NCBI RefSeq assembly: GCF_036321535.1
Contig: NC_087436.1
Location: forward strand, 94,366,001 to 94,430,000
Origin: Camelus dromedarius
Taxonomy: Eukaryota
DNA: 64,000 nt
Reading direction: 5' to 3'
In this document: positions 38,637 through 53,367 of the stretch, one piece after another
Layout of the letters: the number at the start of each line of letters is the position of its first letter
Numbering within the stretch: position 1 is the first letter of the stretch
Notes under the pieces: generated by a model
Seen by the model: the letters and a program-made list of their open reading frames with translations, nothing else
What the model was told of the DNA's origin: nothing
Database searches by the model: none
Position numbers and translations under genes: made by a program

Positions 38637-41600
38637 AAATTCTCCTTGAACCAATGATGGCACAATTAATCCTAGTTTTTGAAATATTTATACTTAAATA
38701 ATTATTAAAATTTTGAGTATTTCCTGGTGTCTAGAGATTAGAAGGGCATGTGCATCAAAATCCCTTGTGAAGTTTTAATTATTTTATTGTGAAATATTAT
38801 AGACATAAAGACATGTACAAATACAAAGAACACCCATGTACCCACTAGCAGCTTAAGAAATAAAATATTAAAGCCCTCTGAGTGCACTTCCTCATTAGTA
38901 GTCCTTCCCACTCTACCCAAGGCAGCCTCTATCCTGAAATTAATGATTATCTTTCCCATGTACATTTTTATGTCTTTACAACATGCATAAGTCTCTAAAG
39001 AATAATTGTCATTGTTTTAAGTTGTAAATGATTTTTGTAAGTGAAATAATTTATATTTTTCTACAACTTGTTTACTTATTATTATGTTTCTGAGATTTAT
39101 TCAAGTTGGTGATAACTATACTTACCAGTATTTTTTAAAATCCTAGCATCCCAAAACTAAGTTATAGTGATAGAAATCAGAAAAATGGTTGCCTCTGGTA
39201 GGCTGGAGCAGATTGGACTGGACACAAGGGAATTTGAGGATGACAGAAATGCTCATTATATTATTTCAGGTGATGGTTACTGAGTGTATATAGTTGTCAA
39301 AATTCATTGAACTAAACAGTAAAGTTCTATGCATTTCATTGTAAGCAAATTTTATCTCCATAAAAAGATTAAAAACAATCAAACAAAAACAAAAAACAGA
39401 CAATAAAACGGTAAGCTCAGAGATTCTAATTCAGTAGGTCTGTGGTGGGGACCACCATGTGTATTTTCTCTATAGAGTTCTGAAGATAATTCTGAGGGGC
39501 ACTCCCAGTTTAGGGCAACTACCCTAGAATGACACAAAATTGGGGCAGGAATTCGGAAGATGAGTCATCTGTCAAAGACCTATAAAACTATTCATGGCAT
39601 TTTATGTCCTTCCTAGTTCTCTTATAGTAAGGATGGAGTTGTGTGTTTTACAAGAGCAGAGAGAGCAGTGTTTGACCACAAATCAAGTGTTGATGGCAAC
39701 TAGGCCTGACTGTGTGATAGACATACAGTCTTACTAATGGACACCTTAATTGGATTTAGTTCTTCCTCACCTATTGGCAGAGGCACAACCAGAAATATAT
39801 CTATGTCTGCACATTTAGGAGGTATGCTCCCTAAATGAGCTGGTCTCCCTCCCACCACCTTTTATCTTTGTTCTCCTATCTTAAGTCTTTTCATAGTCAG
39901 GTCAAAGAAAGAATATCTCATTTCACTCTCTGCATACAATTTGCTTTTTTAAATCTAATTTTCAACAAACATTTTGAGAAGCTGTTTTGTGCAGAGCACC
40001 ATTTTAAAGACAACAAACCTGCCTCCAGTAAGTTCAAGGAGAGGCTCCTGCATGACGATGCTTATTGAGGAATTTTTTTCAGTTCAACCTAAGTTGGATG
40101 TACTCTTTTTGTGAAGAGGACCCTTGTATGCATTTCACCACTGTGTCCCAGCCACAGGTCCTGTGCCTCCTATGTCTTGTTTTCCCACTTTATTATTGAA
40201 AACCCTCTTCAAATTTCAGTTCTCCCATAGTAGGTGAATGTGAAGTTTCTCACTTTCCTCAAAAACAGAATACTCAAGTACAGTCTATTTATATTTCTGT
40301 TGTAAGAAATAAACATTTTTTCTCAGTATAAAGGTAATACATGCTTGCATCAATTAGGAGTCTATAATTACAAGCAACATAACAAAAATTTGGCTAGCTT
40401 AGCCAAAAAAAGAAAAGAAAAAAGAATTTATCAGAAATGTATCACAGAATCAAAGGAAAAACTGAACATCTGGGTATTTGAAAAGATAGCAGCAAGGGCA
40501 GCCCCAGGAACCTGAAACTAAATGACCAGTCCTTTTAGGGGCTGCCTTTCAACAAATATTCACTGAGATCCAGCTACATGCCTGGCACCATCCTGGGCCA
40601 GTACAATCAGATGTGAAGCTTGTCCTTCAGGGGAGGAAAAGATAGACTAAGCAAGACTTTACCAAAGAGGAAAGCTTGAAACAGTTCTTAAATTAGAGTC
40701 TGCTGGATGGACAAGGGGGAAAACAGCATAGATAAATATGCAAAGATGCCAAAAAGGATGGACAGCATCTAGGAAGAGGGACGGTGGGGAGGAAGGCAGG
40801 GAAGGACATTGGAGGACTTTCTGTCCAGTTTCCCAAACTGAGGGGAGATTCTGGGTGAGGAGGGTGTGGAGGTTCAAGGGCAGGAGAAGGGAGAAGAACT
40901 CGGTCTACACTGTATCTGGACTATGTTGATTGATGAAAATGCCTCTATCTGAAGCTTCAACTTCACCAAAGTCACATAAAAATGCAAAATTAAAATCAAT
41001 TAAAGTTGGCCTGAGAGTAGTTGGGTGATGAAATAATTCCAGACAGGTCAGGAAGACCCAGAAGTGTGACATAAATTTGGTGAGTAAGAATCAAAGAATC
41101 TGAAAATCAAAAACCTGGACAAGAAGAGCAAGGATGTTCTGAGTGAACAGTGGAGACAGGAGCTTAATGCTCACAGGTGAGTGAGCCAGCTCCATTTTAG
41201 AGCTGGGGATGTCACAGACATCTTTTATGTCATGAAACATTCAGATCTAATCATAAATGATTAGGAAGAAGAGAGGGGAAATGGAGACATATAATATTAT
41301 TTTGAGTATTTACCCATGCCAGGCATTGTGCTAGAAACTTTACATGCATTCTAGAATTTAATCTTCAAATCAATCTTATGAGATAGATACTATTATTTAT
41401 CTCTCTTTTATAGGAGAGGAAACTAAAAGACAGAATTGCTAAGTAGCTAGTAAGCTGTAGAACCAGGGTTTGCTGGTTCTAAAACTCAGGCTCTTCCTAA
41501 CTCACCGTGATGTGACTTTAATCAGAAGAACATAATCAGTTTTGAAAGTTAAAAAGTTCCTTTTGGTGACAGCATGAAAGGAATTCAGGAGAGTAAGGAT

Positions 41601-43439
41601 ATGGCAGTGACAAGGAGGTGAGCACAGTGGTGTGAATGATGAGTGAAGGTGGGGGAGACTAATCAGGAGATTATTGTAGTGTTCTAGATAAGAGATGTTT
41701 AGGATCTAAGCCAGGGTGATTGCAAGAGGGATGAAAAGTAGATTACAGATTAGAAGAAGGTGGTGGGGTGGGTCGGGGATAGAATTATCAGGATTTAGTG
41801 ATCTAAATCCTGGCCCTGAGGGCACGCCACGGAAGGGGGGCTCTGGTGTGTGTGTGTGTGAAGAACCAAGCATTGGGAATCTGAGTCTGTGCTGATTCAA
41901 GCCAACTATTAGGAGGAGTGAAAGAGACTTCTTATAGTGTTGCCAACCCTTATACATACAGAGTCATACAGGAAATGCACAGGGAGGTTGTGGGGACTAT
42001 GGAGACTGTGGGAGGAGGGGTGGAGCTGACATGTCCTTGGGCTCAGGCCCAGACAAACACTATACTGAGTCTCTAGTATGTTGCTGCCTACCCATGGTAG
42101 AGGTTAGAGAGGTAGTTATGGCAGTGGTAGCAGACCCTCGCTTCAATGATGAGTATTGAGCTTTAGCCCCCAAGATCCCTTGGGAAACTCAGTGGTCAGT
42201 GTCCCTCCATGGCTGACCAGGCAACCCATAGAAAGCAAATGGAACAGGCTCTCTGGTTTCTTTGAGGCCATTGTTCTCAGGCCTGAGTAAACCCCTGGGG
42301 GTATTAGATGTATCATGAATAAAGAAACTCTTGAAGAAGATAAACTGTCCCTTAACCACAAAATAGAGGCTCCAGTATTTAACTGGAATACTGAAAAAAA
42401 AAAAATGTGACCAGTGTAGTGGAACATCAACAAAACATGTTTCAGACAGAGAGAACAGCATGCACAAAGTTCAGAGTTCAAAAGAAATCACTGATTTGAA
42501 ACGAATTACACTAATGATATCCTGCTACTTCCACAAGCAAGATACTCCTCCTCTTGTATTGTTTATCCTAGTTAATGAATAAAGTGTAAAGTTGGAGTTG
42601 TATGACAGAAAAAAATTGAAAAGCTTAAAAGGAATTTTCACTTGAGATCTTGTAAGACATGTTAAAATGTCTTTGTTCACTGCCATTTCATTCATTCTGG
42701 AAAATTCTGAGTCATTATCTCTGAATATTCTATTTCTATTCTATTTCACTCTATTCTCTGCTTCTCAATCACTGTTAGAAATATATTAGACCTTGTTCTA
42801 GTCTTTATGTCTTTTAACTTTTTATATCTTTTACTTCTTTTACTCTCTACACTATATTCTATGTATTTTCCCTAAATCAATTTTCCAGTGCCTTAATTCT
42901 CTCTTTAACTAGTTTAAACAGAACTTAGACTTGTCCATAATTTTTAAAATTTCAGTGACTGCATTTTTCTTTTCTAGAAATTCTATTTGTTATCTTTCTT
43001 TCCCTTCTCCTTCTCCTTCTTCTCCCTCCTCCTACTCCTTTTTCTCATCCCCACTTTCTTCTTCCTCCTCTTCTTCTACTATTACTAGAAAGGTTAAGTG
43101 TTATTTTCAAAACTCTTTGTCCTTTTCCAATAATGTCTTATTTTTGTTCTAATGTTCTCAATTCCTTAATATATGCCTCTATTATTTTAATAAATACTTG
43201 ATTTGTATTCTCTACAGAATAGACTAATTATCTATGATCCTTGAGGATCTCGTTTTGCTGATTAATGTTTCTCTCTTTATTGATGGAGGCTAGTAGTTTC
43301 CCTGTGTGTGTTGAAATATTTGTGTGGTGATCTCATGTTCAACTGGGCTTTATCTCTGGGAATCCTATGAATCCCAAGTTAAGAGTATGTACCTGCAGAG
43401 AAGTTTTTGTGTTTGCCAGGAGCATACGAACAGCCGACC

Positions 43440-44697
43440 ACTTTCTTTCATCAATTTTATTGAGGTATAATTTACATACAATAAAATTCACTAACTTAAA
43501 GTGTATCATTCAATGAGTTTTGATAAATGTAAGAAGTCATGTAACAACCACCATAAGTAAGATACAGAATATTTCCATCACCTCAAAAAGTTCCTTTGTG
43601 CCTCCTTGCAATCAATGTTCTTCCCTCACCCCTGACGCCAAGCAACCACAGTTTTGCTTTATGTCACTATTCTTTTGCTTCTAGAATTTCATATAAAAGG
43701 ATTTATACATTACATAATCTTCGTTTCTGATCCTTTCATTGAACTTAATCCTTTTGATAGTTTTCTCTGTTTATAAATGTACCTGTAATTTATTCAATTC
43801 AGTGATATACCACAATTAGTTTAATTATTAAACAGTTGATGGACATTTAGGCTCTTTACAGTTTCTGACTATTATAAATAAAGCTACTGTGAACATCTAT
43901 ATATGTCTTCAAATAGACATTTGTTACCATTTTTCTTGGTAAATATAGAGGTGGGATTCCTGGGTTGTTTGGTATATATATATTTACCTTTATAAGAAAC
44001 TGCCAAACTTTCCAAAGTGGCTATTTGGAAACTGCCAAGCTTTTCTGAAATGAGTATTTTGTACTTCCACCAGCAATATATGAGAGTTCAGTTGATCTAC
44101 CTTCTTACTAACATTTGGAACGATCAATCTTTAGTTTTAGCCATTCTAGTGTAATGGTATTTCATTGCGATTTTAATTTATTTTGTCCCTAATGGCTAAT
44201 GATGTTAAGCCTATTTTCATGTGTTTATTTGTCACTCATACTATCTTCTTTTATGAATTGTCAGGTCAAACCTTTTGCCTATCTTTTTTTTATTAGATAC
44301 TTTTTGTCTTCTTTTTATTGATTTGTAAGAAGTTTTTTTTTTAAAAATCTACTCTAGATACAAGTTCTTTATCGGGTATATGTTTTGCAAATATATTCTC
44401 TCAGTGTGGCTTGTCTTTCATTTTCTTTACAGTATTTCTCAAAAAGCAATCATTTTTAATTTTTACAAAGTTCAGTTTTACAATTTTTTTCTTCTATGCA
44501 TTATTCTTTTTGTGACCTATGTAAGAAACTTTTTTTCCAGCCCAAATTTTCTTTTGGAGAAAACTAGGTTTAGGTCTATGATCCATTTCAAGTTAATCTT
44601 TAAAAATATGATAGGAAGTAAAGATGAAGCTTTATTTTTTGTTATGGATATCCAACTGTTCCAGTACCATTGTGGAAAAGATTATCCTTTCTTCTGT
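43440..44697 (-). mobile_element. Old L1M 3' region
   Basis: ttttattgaggtataatttacatacaataaaattcac...aagaaactgccaaac...gatatccaactgttccagtaccattgtggaaaag. Confidence 0.85.
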
Positions 44698-45108
44698 TGA
44701 GCTTCCCGATTGGTGAATACATTGGTGTGCCAAGACGGTGATACGCCCTGATTCTACAGGGAGAGGGCATGGAAGCCCTGCATTCAAAACCTTCCCAGAC
44801 TTTGTCCTATGTATCTCTTGGTCCTGATTTGTATCCTTTATAATGAACTGTTATTGTAAATATAGCGCTTTCCTAAATTTTATGAGTCATACTAATGACT
44901 TACTGAATCTGAGTCACAGGAACCCTCCATATATGTAGCTAGTTGGTCAAAAGTGCAGGTGGCTGAGGACTCCACTTGTGGCTGGCATCTGAAGCCGAGC
45001 AGTCATGATGGAGATCATGACCTTTAATCTGCGGATTCTGACAATAATGCCAGATAATTAGCATTAGCATTGAATTGTATTGCAGCACACCAGTAGGTGT
45101 CAGAAAAG
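44698..45108 (+). mobile_element. MER21-like ERVL LTR fragment
   Basis: gagcttcccgattggtgaatacattg...gggagagggcatggaagccctgc...tttgtatcctttataat...cagtaggtgtcagaa. Confidence 0.65.
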
Positions 45109-45796
45109 AAGAGCAGCCCAGGTTTAAAGGGTGAAGGAATAGACCATCTCTTGAGACAAACAGCAGCAAAGTTGCACTGCAAAGGGATATGCATATTGGG
45201 ATGGGAGGGATTTGTGGCCATTAAACAGTCTCTTACACCTACTTTCTTCCTGGTTCAGCTCTTCATTTAAAAAAAAATGTTTGTTATAATTTATCCAGCA
45301 CTTCTAGATGTTTTACAAGGAAGTTTTACCAGAGAATCTCTCATTATTTATTGTACATACACAGGTGTTGTAGTTAGAGGCTACGAAGGAAAGACTGAAA
45401 GGAAAAATCCTGCCAGTAGCACAGAAAGATCCATTTGAGAGAAATATAGAGAATAGAGAAAATGATGGGACAGCAAGCACTAGTTAAATGTGTGAAAAGA
45501 ATGAATTATCTAGGAGGCTGGGGTGGAGTGTTGACTTTGAACTAAGGGAAAAAAAAGTATAAAATAAAGAAGAAATACAGCAGAAACAGAAAGAATGTGA
45601 GATATTTAAAGGCCACAGGAATCCTGTCTGGAAAGAAAATTCCTGCAAGAAAGGTAAGTCTCTTCTCAGAGGGAAAAAAAGTAGTTCAAAATACTGTCAT
45701 TTTTACTTACAGAAATAAAAATTTACCAAAGACTTACATTCTTCATACTGTCATATTTGTACTGTGTTGTTCTTCAATTTAAAGTCACGGATACAG

Positions 45797-47185
45797 AGTC
45801 AGTTAATAGACAACAAAGGAGGCAAGTACATACAATAGAGAAAAGACAATCTCTTTATTAAGTGGTCCTGGGAAAACTGGACAGCTATATGTTAAAGAAT
45901 GATATTAGAACATTTCCTCCCACCATATACAAAAATAAACTCAAAATGGATCAAAAACCTAAATGTGAAACCTAAAACCATAAAACTCCTAATTGAGAAT
46001 ATGGGCAGAACACTCTTTGACATAAATTGCAGCAATATTTTCTTGGCTCTCTCTCCTAAAGCAAAAGAAATAAAAGCGAAAATAAACAAATGGGACCTAA
46101 TTAAAAGCTTTTGCACAACAAAGGAAACCATCAACAATACGAAAAGACAGCCTATTAAATGAGAGAAAATACTTACAAATGATATAACTGACAAAGGGTT
46201 AAATCCGAAATATGTAAACAGCTCATACAATTCAAAATCAAAAAAATTAACAACACAATTTTTAAAATGGGCAGAAGACCTGAATAGACATGTTCCCACA
46301 GAAGACATACAGATGCCTACAGGCACATGAGAAGATGCTCAATATTGTGAATTATTGGAGAAATGCAAATGAAAACTACAATGAGATATCACCTCATACC
46401 TGTCAGAATGGCTATCATCAAAAGTCCACAAATAATAAATGTTGGTGAGGATGTGGAGAAAAAAAAAACCCTTATACACTGTTGGTGGGAATGTAAATTG
46501 GTATAGCCATTATGGAAAACAGTATGGAGGTTCCTCAAAAAACTAAAAATAGAACTAGCATATGATCCAGCTATTCCACACCTAGGTATATATATGGAGA
46601 AAATAAAAACACCAATTCGAAAAGATACATGCACCCCAATGTTCATAGCAACATTATTTACAATAGTCAAGATATGGAAGCAACCTAAGTATCTATCAAC
46701 AGTCAAATGAATGAAGAAGATGTGATTTATATATACAATTGAATATTAGCCGTAAAAAAGAATGAAATATTACCATTTGTAGCAACATGGATGGACCTAG
46801 AGAATGTTATGCTTAGTGAGAGAAGTCAGACAGAGAAAGAAAATACTGTCTGATGTTACTTACATGGGGAATCTAAAAAATAAAATGAACAAATGTACAT
46901 AGCAAAACAGACTCACAGATACAGAAAACAAATTAGTGGTTACCAGTGGAGAGAGGGAAGGAGGAAGAGGCAAGATAGATATACGGGATTAAGAGAAAAA
47001 AAATTACTATGTATAAAATTGAAAAGCAACAAGGATATATTGTATAACACAGGAAGTTATAGCTATTATCTTGTAATAACTTTAAATGGAGTATAATCTA
47101 TAAAAATACTGAATCACTATGCTGTATACCTGCAACTAATATATTATAAATCAACTATACTTCAATTAAAATAAATAAGTGAATT
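45797..47185 (+). mobile_element. 5'-truncated L1 (ORF2 C-terminus plus 3'UTR) with TSD
   Basis: ORF 45899-46162 [33 protein letters not shown] aagtcacggatacag (45782-45796) / aagtcatagatacag (47186-47200). Confidence 0.93.
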
Positions 47186-48569
47186 AAGTCATAGATACAG
47201 TGACTAAAATTAGAGTAATCAGATAAAGATGCATACAGGAGTAGCAGCTGACTTTCCATAGCACGCCTCAGCCCAGGATTTTTTTTGTTTGCTTGTTTGT
47301 TTGTTTGTTTGTTTGTTTTTTACTTTAAAGCTGGGATTGCTTCTGCTGAATATGCAAATACAATAAAAGCACCATGGGGTTATACAGTAAGCTAGAGTTA
47401 CAGATCACTGCTATGGGGGTCAGTCCTTTGGGAGAATTAGGAAAAGGACAAGGCGAAGTAGGATTAAGACCATTTGGCCTGGGATAAAGCATCCCTTAGG
47501 TAGTTATGGATTCCTGTTTAGACTGGAGGGTGTAGACAAGATTGGCTCCCCACCTTCAGGCATCAGCAAGAATCTTTTCCTACGTCTCAAAGCATGTTTC
47601 ATGTATCAGATGTTGGTGATGTGGAACTCAGGCCAGGCTGCTGCTGTGTCCGTGTCGCATTACCTGACCCAGCTCTTCTTATCTGCAGAGGCTAGGACTC
47701 AAGTACCTTCATGAGGTCAACAAAAGGATCAGGTAGATGTTGAACTGCTCTTTGCTCTTCTATTAATACTTCCGTGCAACACAGAGCATATTCTTGCTTC
47801 TTCACTGCAGTGATACGGGAAGAACAGTAGACTAAAAATCTCATGTCTTTTATATAAGAATGTTCATAGCAGCTCTATTCATAATGGCCAAAACCTGGAA
47901 ACAACTGCAATGTCCATCAGCAGATGAATGGCTAAATAAATTGTGGTATATCCTTACAATGGAATAATGTTCAGCAACAAACACCCACAGATAGATGCAA
48001 CAGCACAGGTGAAATTCAAAAACAGTATGCTCAGTTAAAGAAATCTTATACAAACACACAGAGTATATATAGGTATATACTCTAAGTATCACTTATATGA
48101 AGTTTTAGAACAGGCAAACTAGTCTGCTAGACTCTTTCACTACTTTTCCATTGCTTATGACAAACTAGCTACACTGTCATTCTTTTGTTTTTTTGTTTTT
48201 TAAATCAGCAAGTACCTTCCCACCTCAGAGCCCTTTTTCCTACTCTTTCCCCTGAGTAAAATATTCTTCATTCCCCCTTTAATCTAGATACTCCTCTGGT
48301 TTACATGTTCTTTTTTCCAAGGAAACCTTCCCTAAAATGCAGACTTAGGTTAGCTCTCAGAGCATCTTGCACTTCTCTTTTATCACAATTATTCTAATTA
48401 TAAATAAATAATTATTGATATGATTGCTTGATAGTGTCCTGCTCCTCCATGAATATCTCAATGTCAGGGATTATTTATGTCTATTCACTGTTCCAGTCCC
48501 AGCCCCTAGTAGCATTCTTGAAAATATAGTAGCCAAATGATAAATATTTGTGGATGAAATAGCTAAATG

Positions 48570-49270
48570 AATATATCTTTCCATATTTCTGTATTCTCAT
48601 TTTCCAAAAATTTGGTGATCTTTGATCACCTTTTCATATGACAATGGTTTTGTTATATTATTTTCTGTATAGAGAATGAAAAGTAGTTTTTCTTTAACCT
48701 AGTTTTCATTTTTTTTTTCTATGTCTAGTTTCTAAAAGTTTATTTTGGCTCCGCAACTTGTTTTGGTAATGTCATATAAATTTTTAGGATCGTTGTCAAA
48801 TTTGGGAAGTCCCCTATTAAGTTTCTTTCATGTATGAGGTGCAAGATTACAAGGCATCTGCAAATCTCTTGTGCAGTGACAAACCTTAAATACTCTGCAC
48901 TGTTGACATTCATTAACAGTTTGCAGAGGGAGAGTTCCTGGAAGCCATTCCTATACTGGAACAACTGGCAAGGACTTAACTATATGTAAAAGTGATTGCA
49001 AACTACATAAATAAATTTCACTAAATCCAAATTAAATGTACCAAATTCAACTTCCCCTCAGCTGAATCCCCAAAATGCCTAAGGACACTCCAATACCTCC
49101 AATACGAAGGTAGGGTTGTCAGAGTAGACAGAGACAGTAGTTTAAATCTACTGTGGATAAAAACTTGGCAAATTTTACAAAATCTTATGATGGTTTGACT
49201 CCGCTAAGGTCCTTCCCAAGGGATGCTGAAACTTAAACTTTCATTAGCTTCATAGTAAATCCATCTCTGC
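48570..49270 (-). mobile_element. hAT-Tip100 (Zaphod/MER115-like) transposon fossil with transposase C-terminal remnant
   Basis: Minus ORF 48740-48964 contains LIHERNLIGDFPNLTTILKIYMTLP, resembling the hAT dimerization domain. Terminus ttcattagcttcatagtaaatccatctctg. Confidence 0.7.
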
Positions 49271-52200
49271 CTACCTCACTAGGTTGTTGATAGCATTAAA
49301 CAAGATACTGGGGAGAAAAGTACTTTTTAAACTATAAAGAACTACACAAAGGTAAAATGATGATAATAGTGGTCTCCCAGCCTCAGTCCAAGCTTTATCC
49401 ATTCCATATATGTCTGGAGATACCTAGTAAAATGGTGGGAAGAGCTAAAAGAATCTTATTTGTGAGAAAGCAGAAGGAGCTCCTGGTGAGAAAATTTATC
49501 CTAAGAAGAAAGCCTGGACTGATGTATTTGACTCAATAACAAAGACTTTGTGCCTACAAGAAGAGGGGATTATCATCCAGCCAAGCCTTCTTGTGCACCA
49601 TGTCTCACCCCTTTGTGGGAATCAGCTGAGGGGAGCATTATAAATAAATACTAAAATATCTATTTCATTAAAATAACCTTGAAAGTCATTGGGCGAAGGA
49701 AATTTTGTTGGGAAACCTTCAGAAACTCCACTCCAGAACTTCTTAAAATTTCCAAAATCAGAGTGATATCCTCAAATCTTAAAATAGTTCAGTTGACTGG
49801 ATAATAAAATACCCTAGATTCTGCCTATGCAGTTTCATGTTCAAATATAATAAGAAACTATTTATATGTATTTTTCTAATGCTATGCATTTTAAAGCAGT
49901 GATATCTTTATATAAAAAAACCATTTTAAAAAAAAAAACAAAACATCTTTTAAGTCAGTGGGTAACACTCTCCCATTTCTCCTGGGTCTTATGTCAAGCC
50001 AATCCATTTCAGAGTTGTCATGATTGGAAAAATACTAGGAAAAGGGAAAAAGAGAGTAGTAGATTCTATATTTAAAATTCTTTAAATAATATTGGAAAAA
50101 TCTAATTCTACTCCATTGTTTAATTCGTCCTATAGCTGGAATGGCATCAGGGATAAGAGCAGTAAAAGTCTAATACGTTGTTGTGTCCCATAAAGTATCC
50201 CCTTCTCCTCCTCCACTCCTTATGTACGTCACTTGACAAATGTACTGGTTCATTTCTAATGAAACACCAGGACCATGTCTTGAATAGGGAAGGCAGGAGT
50301 GGTACAGTCCAATATTAAACAACGATATTGTTAGTCAGTCAGGTACAGACACAGAATTTTTTGATTCAGTTGAACAAATATTCATTGAGAGCCTACAGGT
50401 ACCAGGCACTGTTCTAGGCACTTGTGATACATCATGGACAATACAAAGATCCCAGCCCTCGCATGGCTTGTAATCTAGCAGAACGTGCACAATAGTGCCC
50501 TGCTTCAAGTTAGTGTCAGAGCTCCTCAGAGTCACAACGGAGTAAGAGTTTGGAAAGGGCTTCTTTACTCTTTCCATATCAGCTAACCTCAGCCCCAGGC
50601 AGCGGTTCTTTCACCCAAGTCCACTGAGCCACCCTATCTGGCTAGCTCACTCTCTTCCAAGAAAGAAAAAAACATCCTTCCCTTTGGCCATCCCCTTCCT
50701 TTTCTTCTCCCCCCATGACACCTGCACCTTTTCCCCAGGATCTTACGTTTTCTTCTCTACCGCTGGCATAGGCTGTGAGCCATTCAGCTCTGTTTCACTT
50801 TAGATGAGACCTGGAGTGTGTCAAATCCTATCAGTGGAATATATATAATCAGACTTTTCACATTGCAAACATGGAACTCATTCATGTGTTAATATTCTGA
50901 AAGAGTCTCTATCTCTTCCCCTGCATTCAGTAACATTGCCAAAAGCTCCTTCTGTTCCCCATGGTATGTGCTATGCCCCAAGAAGGGAACAGCATACAGG
51001 GAGGAAGAAAATGTCTGTCCTGCCACACTAACAGTGAGAGTATCAGGGATGCAGATCAGGGTACAGAAATGGAGTTTCTTGAAGATAATAGTTTTCTGTT
51101 TTATTATATAAAGAAGATAGATAGATGTTGTGTCATAAAATTTGAACTTATTAATATATATTAAATATTATTTATTAAAATGTGAATAATGTATTTGATT
51201 TTAAGATTAAAGAAGTCAAAACTCTGAAAATAATATTTCAGTAATTAACTGATGCTAATGGAGAGGTTGTTTTTTTTTTTTAACAAGTTGGTGGGCACAT
51301 TGGAAACTTTGTGCATGTGTAAATATAAAGAATACTGCTTTGGTACCACTTCAACAAGATAAACCTTTGGTGGAGATCTTTTGGAGATCATTCCTGGTCT
51401 GTGACCCAATGATCCTTCCTTTCTCTGAAAACTGCTGTTAGTCTCCCAATTCATTAGTGGCGGTGCATCTAGAGGTGTGTTTTAGACATGACCCTGCCCA
51501 CCTGGCCCCAGCTGATTAGACCAATCATGGGCACCTGGAGAGACAAATCATAAATAACAAACATAATAAGTAATAAGTTATTTAGCATACTAGATGATAA
51601 GTCCTATGGGGAAAAGAGAAGAAAATCAAATTTGTGTCCTTAACATTTGGATTTTGAACTAAGAAATTCTAGTTTAGTCTGGGCTGATCTAAGGTGAAGG
51701 AGTTGTAAGCTTAGCAGATGAGGGGTGGTTCTCTTCTGCATGCCATGTGAAGTGAAAAGCAAAGAAAGGAGCCTCTTCAAAGAGCAGAGAAAGAAGCAGA
51801 TGTTCAGAGGGAAGTAGACAGCATCCTGATAGCTTTTCAGCTCTTACATCCATTTCTTTCTTGAGACCTAGCTGCAATTTTGCTCTATCTATACCAATGG
51901 TTACCACCCTGTCTGTCTATCTATGTCTGTCTGTCAAGTTCTTGCTTAAGCTAGCTTCAGTTAGTTTCCTTTGTTCCTTGCAACCAAAGAGAACTAATTT
52001 ATAGCAATAATAATACTAACAATAGTAGCAAACATTTATTAAGCACATACCTTGTGCCAGGCACTGTACTAAGCACTTCAGGTACTTTATCTCATTAGGT
52101 GTGGACTTTATCTGTCATGTTTAAAAAATAAATTTATTTTCCAGTTTTAAACATTTTGAAACCATTTTTCCCAGAACAAACTTTCAGAAACTTTGGCAAG

Positions 52201-53367
52201 TACATGGAAGAATGAAGAAAGAGAAAACTATAACCCAAAATCCATAAACAAGAGATAGCAATGATTAATATCTTCTCCTTGCTTACACCTAAGAAAATTC
52301 CTCAGTCCTCACCACCTCCCCAATTTCATCCTGTCTTCCATCCAGACTTCTGCTTTCCAAACTGGTAAATTAATATAGTACAAATGTATGAAAACATAGT
52401 AATAACACAAGAAAACTTCAAATGGCCTATCGAAGTCAGGGTCTATCTTGTCCACCTCTGAATCCTCAACATTTAGTATAGAACTTGCAGAGAGTAAGTG
52501 CTAAGTAGATCAACTTATCAAAACCCAATTTGACAGGGTTTCCAAACTGGCATCCCCTATTGTATTAAAAACAAAACAAAACAAACAAAAAACCTCAGTA
52601 CACACAGAGATAGAACAAATGTCCATAGAAAGTTCTAGTCTCAGTACGTGTTTGGCTCAATCTCTGATTTTGCCAATTTAAAGTGGCTTTCAGATTGACA
52701 ATCCTGAGGCACTAGGATATGTTCAAAAACCAAAGATTCCCCACTATGTTCACTATCCTGCGCTTCCTAAAGAATGAAAAGAAAACTAGTGTATTCCAGT
52801 AATTTTTAATTGAATGGAAAGAAAAGGAGTTTTCTGGTTACGTTTCAATTTGTCAAAAAATTCAGTTAATAAAAAACTTCCTATCTCCCGAAAATCATGA
52901 TAAATTTGTTACAATTAGAAGGTGAAACAGCTCTTGTTAAATTTCCTGCAGACTCACCATTTAATTTTCTTCCGTCTCTGGACAAGTCTACGCATAACTG
53001 AACTCTGAAGAGTTTTTCCAAAACAGCATTTATCTAGGCAGCCCACATTTCAAGAACTACTCAGTTTCTGGAATTACTTGGAAAAATTCAGAAGGCAAAA
53101 GTTGCATAAATTCTTGGCACATTCCTTGAACAAGTCAAATGGTGCTGGCTACCAGTTCTGATGTAGTTACATGTCCAGTTAAACTAGAAACATGAAGTTC
53201 AGCTACATATTCTTACAATCTGCCACATTTATTATTGTGATGACATTTGATGGTTATAGGTTATAGAAAATACTGCATTTATAAAAATTTTTAGTTAATA
53301 AAATGAACATTAAAGAATTATTTGATTATTAAACAAGCAGACATTGACTTTAGTCCATTCACTTTTG

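Noticed and set aside
45597..45660. Possible upstream exon ending at AAG|GTAAGT (~45653)
   Set aside because: An isolated consensus donor with no convincing acceptor or coding similarity; expected by chance in 64 kb.
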